DNA of 64,000 nt from assembly GCA_001179505.1 (NCBI GenBank), contig CDMY01000878.1, positions 1 through 64,000 on the forward strand. Reading direction: 5' to 3'. This document shows positions 11,231 to 22,310 of this stretch, piece by piece (within the stretch, counting starts at the first letter, position 1; the number at the start of each line of letters is the position of its first letter). Below the pieces are notes generated by a model, which worked only from the letters and a program-made list of their open reading frames with translations, was not told the origin of the DNA and made no database searches. A program made the position numbers and the translations under genes. The stretch comes from Vitrella brassicaformis CCMP3155 (taxonomy: Eukaryota > Protista > Chromerida).

Positions 11231-13307
11231 TCATATGTCGAGGCTGTTCTTGGGCCGCTTCCCAGCAGCGGCATCACCACACACATCTACCTCACCCCCC
11301 ACACCCCCGACACGCACATTCTGGCTATCACGTCTCTCGTCGCGGCTCCGGGCGCGCTTCCTGCTGCCGCGGAGACCGCGGGAGGCCGACGACTCGCTCG
11401 ACACACCCCTGCGACGGCCAGAGGCAGTCGACGGGCGGCTGCTGGAACACATCTCAATCACACTGATCTGCATGTGGGTAGCGCAGCGCACAGGACACAG
11501 AGGGGAGAAAGGTGTGTGTGGAACGAGGGAAAGGGTCAGTGTGTCGTTGGTGGGATGGATGGATGGATGTGTACCTACCAGGTGTTGGTATTTGCCGGAG
11601 GAGAGTTCGTTTTCTGCCGTGAGGAGGCGGATGGGGTCGAGGGGCACCCTGCCGTGGGACGGCAGCGCAATCGACTCGGTGATCCACCTACACACACAAA
11701 GACAGACACAAAGAGGAGGACGGATGCGCCCCCGTCTCTTGAGTGTCTTCTCCCTCCGTCCCTCCCTCCCTCCGTCTCTCCCTTGCCTTTTGCATTTTGG
11801 CGTATTGAGTAGGTCCTGCAGCTCGTAGATGGCCCGCTCCACCCTCCAGCGCATCACGTCCCGCCACACAGGCAGACAGAACACCTACATGCATCACATC
11901 AACACACCACCCACCCAAGAGAAAGATATTTCACCAGCCCGCCCGGTGTCTGGTACTGTATGCCCACCCCTCGCTTGTCTATCCCCGTTGAGGATCGAAA
12001 CGTCACCAACACCGCGTACTTGACCGTCGGTGAGCACGGGTCGTGGTTCTTGAGACTGACACAAAGGCACACACTCCACACATCCCGCGCACAGCTGTCT
12101 GTGTGTGTGTGTGTGTGTGTACCTGTACATGACTTTGAATCGGTAGAGATCGGCGCCCCGCAACGGGACACGGTTCTGCGAGTATGAGGGAAGCCGGTTG
12201 CGGTCGCGCCACTGAACACATGTGGCAGTGACGTGCATCAGTCAGGGTGGCGCCCCTCCCTCCCTCCCTGCCTGTTTGTTTACCTACCTTGATATTGAAG
12301 ACGTCGGTGAAGTAGGCGTGCAGGAAGTGCTGGTGCAGGAACCACAGGGTCTCACGGTTCTCCGCATACGCCGTGGCCCTGTCCTCACACGACAACCAAT
12401 CTGACACATCACCACACCACACCAAACCACACCACACCACACCACACAGAGACACCCATCCATCCATCCATCCATCCATGTCGCCATAACGACGGTATGT
12501 AAGTGTGTTATGTCGTGCCTTCGTCATCCTCCACGTCTCGCAGATCCCTCTCCCTCTTCTCCGACCACCACCACCGTGTCTCACGCCCAGAGCCGCGACT
12601 GCCGCCATCGTCACCACCACGAGCAGGCGACGTGGTGATGCGTCCATCGCTGGAGGCCGATGTGCGTGTGTCAGGCGGTAGGGGGGTCTGCTGGGGCAGG
12701 GGGATCTGGTGTGAGGCGGCGAGGATGTCGAGGGTGGCCTGGGCGACCGTCCACCTGAACACAGGCACGTCGAGGCAGAGGGGAGGGGGGACGGGGGGAG
12801 AGCACGTGCTCTGCATGCCGTGTTTTGGTGCGCCGCTCACTCACTTGGTTGTGTCGAGTCCCTGCTGGATGAGGTGGCGGCCATCGTGTGTATCGACGTA
12901 CCCGACCTGACAACAAAGGAACAGAGGGAGAACAGGGCACATTGCAATGATTGCACCGAAGGGATATCAAAAGCACCTCTCACTCACCGTCTTGAGCGCG
13001 TCACATGCCAGATCTCGGACCTTGCTGTCGGCCGACAGAGAATCCTGCAACCACACCCATCCATCCATCCATGCCTGATGGTCCCGGCCCCTCAGCTTGT
13101 CCATCCACCTTTGGAACGAGCGACATGATGGCAGTGCCGCACAGGCGGGCCGTGGCGTCGTTGAGGATGCGCCTCAGAACGGGCAGGAGGTCCTGCAGCA
13201 GCGACGGCTGGAGCTCCTGATCCATGAGAGAAAAACAGCGGGGAGTTGCAAAAGGGAAGATGGGACCGAGCAGGCCATACCTGGACGAGCAGCAGAATGC
13301 CTTTCAT
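11231..13307 (-). CDS. Hypothetical protein, left member of a head-to-head paralogue pair; basic RS-like tail
   Basis: Spliced start MKGILLLVQ|ELQPSLLQDLLPVLRRILNDATARLCGTAIMSLVPK|DSLSADSKVRDLACDALKT. Downstream exons: ETLWFLHQHFLHAYFTDVFNIK, VQWRDR..VPLRGADLYRFKVMY, CSPTVKYAVLVT, VERAIYELQDLL, LDPIRLLTAENELSSGKYQHLV. These match the right-hand gene in the same order. Confidence 0.7.
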
Positions 13308-13651
13308 CGCCTTTGACTACAAGGAAATCTTGGTCCATCTATCGCCTCCCGGATCGCGTCTGTAAATCCTTCGCTGGAAACCTGGCAGTGCCATGAGAGG
13401 CATTTTGAAGCTAATTGAGGCGGTGCAGCCGTCGCTGCTGCAGGAGCTCCTGCCCATTCTGAGTAGCATCCTCAACGACGCCACGGCCCGCCTATGCGGC
13501 ACTGCCATCATGTCGCTCGTTCCAAAGGTGGACAAGTTGAGGGGGCCGGGACCATTAAGGCATGGATGGATGGATGCGGCTGTTCTCACAGGCTACTCTC
13601 TCGGCCGACAGCAAGATCTGTGATCTGCTCTGCGATGCGCTCAAAACGGTG
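12985..13651. repeat. Inverted repeat, arms ~12985-13210 and ~13426-13651 (~225 bp each)
   Basis: The reverse complement of the left arm aligns with the right arm. A 102-nt exon segment differs at only 5 positions, and the following 64-nt introns are clearly homologous (gtgga..gacaag.tgagggg.ccgggacca..aggcatggatggatggatg). Confidence 0.9.
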
Positions 13652-16137
13652 GGCAATGCCCGAAAAGCATGTGCAGTCATCCAATGGCATGCAATGGTAT
13701 GTTTGGTGCAGGTCGGTTTTGTCGAGTCGCCCGATGGCCGACCTCTCATGCCGGACGTACTCATTCACAACAGGTCAGGTCCGTGCACACACACATTGGT
13801 GCATGCGAGAAGGCGTCTATCATGGACCGCCCGCCTCAGCCTCTGCAAATTGGCAACGTGCCATGGGTGGATGTGTGGTGCATGCAGGCTGATTAGCGCT
13901 CAGCTGGCCATTGACGTTCAGGCCGCCAAGGCAGGCATCGCCATCGATAAGCGTGCGGCGCTCCCTCCCACACAACACACCCACAAGACGATGCACGGAC
14001 ACCCAAACCATGGCAGCCCTCCACTCACCATCACAACAGGTGGTAAGAGGACGGACAGCGCGGATGCACGACAGTGTCAGTCAATGTGTGTGTCTCCGTT
14101 CGCAGCTTATGGATACGGCCAAGAGTTCTACCAGATGTCCGAGGTGCCCTGCTACCCCCTCCCCCTCCCCNNNNNNNNNNNNNNNNNNNNNNNNNNNNNN
14201 NNNNNNNNNNNNNNNNNNNNNNNNNNNNNNNNNNNNNNNNNNNNNNNNNNNNNNNNNNNNNNNNNNNNNNNNNNNNNNNNNNNNNNNNNNNNNNNNNNNN
14301 NNNNNNNNNNNNNNNNNNNNNNNNNNNNNNNNNNNNNNNNNNNNNNNNNNNNNNNNNNNNNNNNNNNNNNNNNNNNNNNNNNNNNNNNNNNNNNNNNNNN
14401 NNNNNNNNNNNNNNNNNNNNNNNNNNNNNNNNNNNNNNNNNNNNNNNNNNNNNNNNNNNNNNNNNNNNNNGCCCGATCCATCGGCTCACGTGCAGCAGCA
14501 CCACGGCCACCATGACGGCGGCTATGTCGCCGTCAAGCAAGAGGATTTGCGACACGACAGTGGTGAGAACAAGCAGTAAGGAGTCAGCCCCTGTGCGCAG
14601 TAGTAAAGCCGTGCCTCTCCTTTCTCCCCCTCTCTGGTCTGGACAGGTGCCTCGTGTGTGAGTATGAGTGTGAGTATGAGTTCGTATCTGGCCTACATGC
14701 CGCCCCCCGGCCTCACCCCTCCTGCCACACAACCCAAGGCAATGCCGCTCATCCTGCACGAGCCACGCCCGCCACACGCTCCGGCCTCACCGCTCCAGCC
14801 GGCGTCGCAGGTGTCACGCAATGAGTCGGACGTCAGGGCTGCAGAGAAGGAGGGCGAGGGGGGCAGGGCTGGGTCGAGGGAGCGGGGGGGCAGTGGCCGT
14901 GGGCAGCAATGGTGGGATAATGACGACTACGCCGAGCAAGAGGACGAGAGTGAGTGTGAGACATGTATGTGTGAGGGAGCGGTGGATAGATGGATGGATG
15001 GATGGTCGGATGGATGGATGCCTGTGTGTGCTGTCAGCGTGGATGCGGCGGTCATCCCCGTCCTATTCGGTGTCGCGGGCGCAGGAGCCGCTGGCCATGC
15101 GGCTGCTGCACTGCGAAGTACTCAAACACCTCTTCAGATCACAATACCCTGACATAAAGGTAACTAACAGCAATAAGAGCGAACCACACTGCTCGATACG
15201 TGTGTGTTATGTCACATTACTGGCGGGATGCAGTGGCGCTGTCGCGGCAACCTCCCTCTGCGGGCTGGGGATCCTCCGCAGCTGGGATACCCATACCGAC
15301 TCCAAGTCATGCATAAGCAAGTAATGAGGCAGCCAGAAGAGAAGAAAGAGACATGCACTGCGCAGAAAGGTCCACTGTCTGTTCAATGTGTGTTGCGATG
15401 TTTCGATGCGTGATGGATGGTGCAGGTTGAAGAGTCGTGTGTCGCCCGACGTCAAGTGGGCTGTGTTGGTGACCTCATCCATGCGCGCAGATGGCGAGAA
15501 GAACGAGCGGAAGAGGGGGGTGGGCGTCGTCAAACCACACACAACACAACACAATACGACACAAGACAGCAGCACGGTTCTGTGTCTTGTCTTGGTGTTT
15601 GTTCAGATGTTTTCGCTGCCGGTGCCTGGTGGGGCGTCGCGTGTGCTGATGGAGAGGGCGATGCGGCAGCTGGAGAACCTCCTCAGCACAGCAGCATCCC
15701 GCATGTACGTGTGTATACGTGCAGCCAGCACAAAAACAAGCATATGTCACCACAAACAAACACACCAACAGCGTGCCTGCCTGCCTGCCTGCCTGTGTGT
15801 GTGCAGTTGGCTGGCCGACCAGATGGACCAGTCATTCGCCGTCTCCCTGTCGCTCGACCGCCACTTGCGCGCAGAGAACGCCAGCAGCCGGGGATCGTAC
15901 AACGACCTGGTCACTCAGACCGCCCGACACTCTTTACTCCACCCCATGCATGTCTCTATCTCTGTTGTCTGTCTGCCTTCTCTCCAGTTGGATCTGATGG
16001 ATTTGTGTGAGGGCGTGCACCAGCACCAGCGCCGCAAGCGATCCCGATCCCGATCCCGCAGCCGCGAGAGGGAGAGGGAGATGGAGAGGAGCCGCGACAC
16101 GGGCGATGCCCACAAGGCCCGGCGCACTCAGGAATGA
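13393..16137 (+). CDS. Hypothetical protein, right member of the head-to-head paralogue pair; C-terminal RS/RE-rich tail
   Basis: Start MRGILKLIEAVQPSLLQELLPILSSILNDATARLCGTAIMSLVPK|ATLSADSKICDLLCDALKT. Later exons: AMRLLHCEVLKHLFRSQYPDIK, MQWRCRGNLPLRAGD..YRLQVMHK, VSPDVKWAVLVT, MERAMRQLENLL, LSLDRHLRAENASSRGSYNDLV, ending RKRSRSRSRSRERERE..QE*. Contains a 300-N gap at 14171-14470. Confidence 0.7.
14171..14470. other. Assembly gap (300 N)
   Basis: N run preceded by a C-rich tract, inside the right paralogue. Confidence 0.98.
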
Positions 16138-16200
16138 ACATGTGTACCATCTGTATGGGTGGGTGCACGTGTGTGGATGAGTGCACGGGTGTGTCTGATC

Positions 16201-16230
16201 GCAAGGCAAGGCAAGGCAAGGCAAGGCAAG
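16201..16230 (+). repeat. Microsatellite (GCAAG)x6
   Basis: Read directly; lies just 3' of the right paralogue. Confidence 0.9.
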
Positions 16231-16444
16231 GCAGGGTGGAGCAGAGCGGCCGACGAGTGTACAGACGTGTGCACGTCTTTATCCATGTGTGTGTGTGTGT
16301 TCATCTTGACCGCTGTGTGTCACTGTGACCGGACCGAGCACAAGCACTGAAGGTGATGGCACGCGATTATCATACCAGACAGAACAAAACCGGGAAAAAT
16401 GCCGGCACCGACCACCACATGCAGGCCACAAATACATACAGGCT

Positions 16445-18634
16445 TCACGCAGAGCTTCCCTCTCCATGTGTGCGTGTGGATGTGGATATGGATGGAAAGA
16501 AGTAGTCAGTGATCTTCCGCTGCATCGGGTCATTGACAGCCCCGATGCGGCGGACCTCTACGCGACAGTCATACCCCAGTCGGGGCAGCTCAACCGCCTC
16601 CCAACCCAGCTCGTGCAACGCTAGGAAGAAAAGCTGGCCTCGGATGTCAGGCCAGCCGTTGAGGGGGCCAGCCGACACCGTGTACCGACACTGAACCGTT
16701 TGCAGCCTCTCGAACACATACAACGAGCTCTCTTCCTCCCGCTCACCCCACCCATATCCCTCCCCACTGCCCACACGGCATTCGAGGACGATTCGATCTA
16801 GACAGGGAAAATTGTGGATGGCGGCCAGACACGCACCTGCCACATCCCCACAATACACCCACGGCTTGCCGTGTACATCGTATGACAGGTCGACCTCCAG
16901 AGTGATCTGTCTGATGCGCTCTCTGAGCCCCTCTATCTGGTCTGACTGGCCTGTCTGCTCCACAAAGTCGATGGAGCACAACGACGGCGAGAAAACGCCC
17001 TGGATGTGCAGACACGGACCTACGCTATCGCACTCAGGCACAGAGGAAGTGAACGAAGGACCGGAGTCATCCGAGAAGAATACGGTCTTTGGCAAATAGC
17101 CTTCCCAGCGCTCCTCCTGGCGCAGCTGAATGAACTCGATCGCACGCAACTGGCTGAGCATCCCCACCGCATCCACTGCCCACGCCATAGACTCCCCTGT
17201 CGTGGCCACACCCATCGGCAGGGCGAGTGTGGCCACACGACGGAATGCATGGCTCATCTGGGACAGCACACCGTGAGGCACATGAAATGGGGAGCCCCTT
17301 CTTCGAGGCCCGACAAAATATGACTGGCTCCCTACGGTGCGGACCATGGCGTCGCTCACAAGAGCGTCGATCACTGTCAGCCGCTCCGCGCGCTCAAAGA
17401 CGATTGCGGGACGAAAGGATAAGAAGGTCTTCATGGATGACCGCCCTCGCGTGAAGAAGTGAACGCTCGTCGCAGCTGAGGCGAGGGCAGCGATGGAAGG
17501 GGCGTGTGTGGCCATGTCAGCAAGGACGATATCGTCCAGCAGGGTGAACGGGAATGTGAGGTTCTCATCGATGGCATGGCAGCGGATGGCGGCGTCGGGA
17601 GCCAGCCAATGAGTCCGAATCCACTCCAGCTCCTAAAAAAATGCAACACACCAAATAGAGGCACGTGTGTCGGCGGCTCCTCTCCACTCACCTCTATCAT
17701 ACGTTTCGTGACCCTCTCGCCGAAGATGGTGGCCTCGAGCTCCTCCACTAGGGGCCGGCTGACAATGTCGTCGTGCTGTTTGGGATTTCCTGCGTATCCG
17801 TCGATGACGATGCCCTTGAGGCTGTTGACAGACGGGGAGAGCATGTTGATGAAGTCGACACTCCATATGTTCCAGGTATCCAAGTCGTCATCGCCAGTGC
17901 TGAACTTGAAGGACAGTGTGAGGGGGCCAGGCGACCACCGCTTCCAGAAGGCGCACTCTCCCTCATGACGAAAAACGGCCATGGTACAGAGAGGGAGCGG
18001 TCTCGGGTCGCCGATGTGCATCTCTTGAACCGACCTGTGCAGACACAGAGGCCGCCGGACAGTTCGCTTCGCTGGCCCCTTCCCTTGTGTATGTGTGTTT
18101 GTGGCTCACGTAAGGGCCCATGTACGATGGCGTGCCGCCTTAATCCACTGCAACAAGATGACATACGGGCATAAGTCCGTGACTGCATCGCCACAACGAT
18201 GGGCTTAGTTTATCCCACTCACCTGTTTTGAGTCTCGGAAAAATGAGGGCGCCTTCTCCTTCTCGCCATCCCTGCTGCGGGAAGTCGAAGGAGAGGGCAT
18301 CGTAGAGTACGAGTCCACATCCAGGCTCTCCAGTGTCCCACGCATCCCCTCCACCTTTTTTTGCCGCCCACTCGGTCACCGGGCACAGCATGACAGCCCT
18401 GGTCGTCTTGCTAAACCGGGGTTACCAGACGGCCAGCTGCGATTATGTGGGTGCGGTGAGCTCGGTGCCGTCGAAGTGGACGGTGGTGTGCATGGCTGGG
18501 TTGGTGGCGAGGGAGTGGAGTGAGGGGTGGGTGGGCGACAGTCTGCTGATGATCGTCTGAGTGCCCAGCAGAGGCGACAGGTGGCCGAAGATGAGCGTGT
18601 CGGGCAGCGCCAGCAGACGGGGAGGGGGCGGGGT
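16445..18634 (-). pseudogene. 5'-truncated F-box/LRR-like paralogue (copy A): F-box exon disrupted, downstream ~600 codons open (pseudogene or F-box-less protein from Met at 18391)
   Basis: The F-box-like LPDTLIFGHLSPLLGTQTIISRLSPTHPSLHSLATNPAMH is followed by in-frame TAA codons (18443-18445, 18422-18424). The upstream exons of copy B are absent. Later exons (RTWALT, WKRWSPGP, ELEWIRTHW, TTGESMAWAVDAVGML, NFPCLDRIVLECR) are intact and collinear with copy B. Confidence 0.65.
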
Positions 18635-18777
18635 CTGAAGACAAGAGAACGGAAAAGAACTCAGACGGGCACGTGAGTGTGTTCATCGCACCTGATCCCA
18701 AGAAAGACATCCATGCATATACACATACATAGACACACAGCCCCGATAAACGAGACACTCTCAGGTCACAAATGCAG

Positions 18778-21509
18778 CTACATGTGACTCAAGTCGCTGC
18801 GTGTTGCCGGGAGAAAGCAGTCAGTGATCCGTCGCTGCGTCGGGTCATCGACAGCCCCGATGCGGCGGACCTCTACACGACAGTCGTACCCCAGTGGGGG
18901 CAGCTCAATCGCCTCCCAACCCAGCCCGTGCAACGCTAGGAAGAAAAGGCGGCTGCGGACACGACCGAGCGCGTCAACCGATCGCAAGTACCAACACGGA
19001 GTGGTATGCAGCGCATCGAAGATATACGACGAGCTGTCTTCCTTTCCGCCTCTGTCTCCCTCCGGCCACACAATCTCACGGCATTCGAGGACGATTCGAT
19101 CTAGACAGGGAAAATTGTGGATGGCGGCCAGACACGCACCTGCCACATCCCCACAATACACCCACGGCTCGCCGTGTACATCATCCGACAGGTCGACCTC
19201 CAGAGTGATGTGGCGAATGCGCTCTCTGAGCCCCTCTCTCTGGTCTGACTGGCCTGTCTGCTCCTCAAAAGCGAGGGAGCACACCGACGGCGAGAAAACG
19301 CCCATCATGTGCAGACACGGGCCTATGCTATCGCACTCAGGCACAGAGGAAGTGGACGAGCGCCCCGAGCCACCCGAAGTGAACTCGATTGTCTCCAGCG
19401 CCCTGAGCATCCCCACCGCGTCAATTGCCCACGCCATGGACTCCCCCGTGGTGTCCTGCATCGGCAAGAGGAACGTGGTCACACTGGGGAAGGCGTGGCT
19501 CAGCTTCGACACGAGTCCGTCTATGTGGGTGTCGACCCCCACCAAACGTGTCGCACGGTCAAAAACGGCCGATGAGAAGAGAAGGGACACGTTGATGCAG
19601 AAGCCACGGTACCCTTCTAACGTGTCGACCAAGGCCGAGTCGAAGACCAAGTCGACGCTGGCATGGACATGCAGATACAGACAAGCAGACACGCACAACA
19701 GGGACATGTGGTTCCATCCATCCGTCCATCCATCCATTTCCTGCTCCTTGCCGACCTGGTCACAACTGATGCGAGGGCAGCGAGGGAGGGGGCGAGTATG
19801 GCCATATCGGCCAGCAGGGCGGGCTCCGCGAGAACGGCGGTAGAGAATGTGAGATCGCCGGTAGTGTGCAGGTTGACGGCGGGAGCGGGAGCCGTCCAGT
19901 GCTTCCGAATCCAATGCAGCTCCTTACAGAGCACACACCAATCAGCGGATACGAACGTGGCTTTACGCCCCTGATCCACTCACTCACCTCTATGTGGGAT
20001 GTTGTGACATTCTCGCCCACGACGGTGGCATGCAGCGACTCCACTTGAGGCCGGCTGATGAGCGGCGAGGGCTCTCCGGGGATCGGTGATCCCGCGACCT
20101 TGACGCCGTGGAGGTACTTGACGGACGGTGACAGGATCTCGCTCGCCACAACATGCCGCAGGGCCCACGGCTCGCTTGGCGGGGCGTCAGGGTCATGGCT
20201 GGTGTGTTCGAGGGTGATGTGGTGAGGCCCAGGCGACCACCGCTTCCATGAGGCAGCGAACGGGGCCTCGGCGAGCCGCCCGTGCCAATCTTCGCCATCA
20301 AAGGTCTCGTCCCTGATGTGCAGGTCTTGTACCGCTCTGCAAACAAACCAAATGCGTGTGGCATGGCCGTTCTATCTCTCTGTGCTTTAGCGGTGGTGCT
20401 GCTTACGTGAGCCCCCAGGTACGCTTGCAGGGCACCCTGATCCACCAGCCGCCCACCTTGACTGGCAAAGGACGCACAAAACAACAACAGAGTCCGATAG
20501 CGCATCAGCCACTCTCCTACAATTTTTCGCTATTCACCCTTCGTCAGTTTGGGGAAGATTAGCGCCCCCTGGCCCTTCTGCCAGCCCTGCCGCGGGCAGT
20601 AGCAGAGGCCGTCGTCCTCAGGAATCTCCGGGATAGAGTACGAGTCCACATCCAGGCTCTCGAGCGTCACACGCATCGCCTCCACCATCTTGGCTGCCCA
20701 CTCGTAAACAGGCCACCGCACGAAGGCGTTCTTCGCCTTGCTGAGCCGGGGCAGCCAGGCGGACAGCTCTTGCTCGTCAGGATCGGTATCGGTGCCTGGT
20801 CGCTCCGAGCCGTCGAAGTGGACGGTGGTGTGCATGGCTGGGTTGGTGGCGAGGGAATGGAGTGAGGGGTGGGTGGGCGACAGTCTGCCGATGATCGTCC
20901 GGGTGCCCAGCAGAGGGGAGAGGATGGTGAAGATGAGCGTGTCGGGCAGCGCCATCAGACGGGGAGGGAATACGGCCTGAAGACAGACACACACAGACAC
21001 ACGCCCACACGCATACACTCACCGAGCCTCACTCAGAATGATGGCTGGTGCTGTGTTGCAGCTACCTACCGGTTTGGCCAGGAACTGTTCGACGATCTGC
21101 AGTTTCTCCTCAGCTAAAGCGATGAGGGCATCCTGCTCGGCCAGGGAGTCCTCTCGGCGGATATCCTTCATGACGCTGACACAGATGCGGTACTGGGCCC
21201 ACAGATGCTGAAGGTAGGTACACACAAAGACACACAAAAGGCACAAATAGATGGGATGCGGCGTGAGTGCCTTAGAATTGAACACACCTCTTGCTGCTCT
21301 CTCGACAGAAGGTTATCGTTGCCGAGCAGGCCCGCGTGCGCTTCCAACTGGACACACAGGACAGGACACTCTGCTGCAGAGAGGCCCTTCTTGTACTTGT
21401 GTGACATTCTCACCCTGCGCTGGATGTCGCTAATCCTTTGTGCTCGGCGGTGATAGTCATCGGCTGTCCGCCGCACCTCGGCCACACACCGCTGCAGCTG
21501 GGCAGCCAT
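18778..21509 (-). CDS. F-box-like protein with N-terminal coiled-coil exons and degenerate LRR-like C-terminal region (copy B)
   Basis: MAAQLQRCVAEVRRTADDYHRR.. exons are followed by MALPDTLIFTILSPLLGTRTIIGRLSPTHPSLHSLATNPAMHTTVHFD, which has F-box spacing (LPxxL..IL..L...L). LxxLxV-type segments follow (LESLDVDS, LRALETIEF, LDRIVLEC). The F-box/LRR call comes from motif pattern only. Confidence 0.65.
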
Positions 21510-21907
21510 CTACGCCGGGCAGGCAGACACTGCAATGCACCAGACAGACAGACAGACAGGCAGACAGATAGACAGAGGTGCAGCCGAATTCTTGACGACC
21601 GTCGTTGTGTGCTCTCTCTCACCTCTCACAGGTTCTGATGCATGTAGGTACTACACCTCCACCCACTCCGATGCCCCGCAGATCCCGTGGATCAACATGC
21701 TTTTGTTTCGAGTTGTCGCCCGTATGCCGAGGTGAGAGATGGTGCTGTGCGGCGAAAGGCGTCGGCCACCGAACGCCACGCCCATGCGCTGCAGCATGTC
21801 AGTCAGCGGCCATCACTGTTTCTCTCGAGCTGTTTCACTGATCTGCCGAAGCGAGCGCCGTGTTCGGCGAACACCTTCCCCCGAACAGCTTTCTCAGCAT
21901 CAACAAG

Positions 21908-22026
21908 CAGCAGCGGTTTCAGGGAGCACCCTAGGTGGCCTGACGGCCAAGTCCCCTGTCGGCAAGCGATGCAAAAACGGAATTTCACTGCCCTAACTCC
22001 TCTCCAAAATGGCAAAATGTGCGCTT
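21908..22026. repeat. Composite of elements B (21908-21954) and A (21970-22026) in the divergent F-box / SDR intergenic region
   Basis: Direct sequence match to 1781-1827 and 259-314. The relative orientation is the same as at the first locus, but the blocks are only 15 bp apart here. Confidence 0.9.
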
Positions 22027-22310
22027 CTCGTCCGTTTCCTTCGGCAAACAGCGTGTGGACGAGTGCTCACAACGTCTGGCAGACAAAATCGCAAAACGAA
22101 TTTGCCAACTCTGAGAAAATCGCTAATTCGATCCTCACTCGATCCGTCCAAAGCTCGCATTCGTGTGGCGGGGGAGAAGGGCGTTGGGGTGGCAGGAAGG
22201 CCTCGAGGGCAGCTCCCTTTGGCGCCTGGAAGGGAATCCTCCTTCTTTTTTCTCTCCTCCTTTTCCCCCTCTCCCTTGAGGTACGCTGCCGGGTCTGCCG
22301 GCGCTATCCT

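Noticed and set aside
18422-18445. Two in-frame TAA codons as evidence of stop-codon reassignment
   Set aside because: They align to Glu/Leu positions inconsistently, co-occur with frameshifts and missing 5' exons, and other genes in the window end normally at TAA/TGA/TAG.
21983-22015. GCCATTTTGG in element A (minus strand, 22004-22013) matches the core of the dinoflagellate spliced leader (CCGTAGCCATTTTGGCTCAAG)
   Set aside because: Only 10 nt match, the flanks do not match, and the other copy has one T fewer. A 10-mer hit in 128 kb of both-strand sequence is not unexpected by chance.
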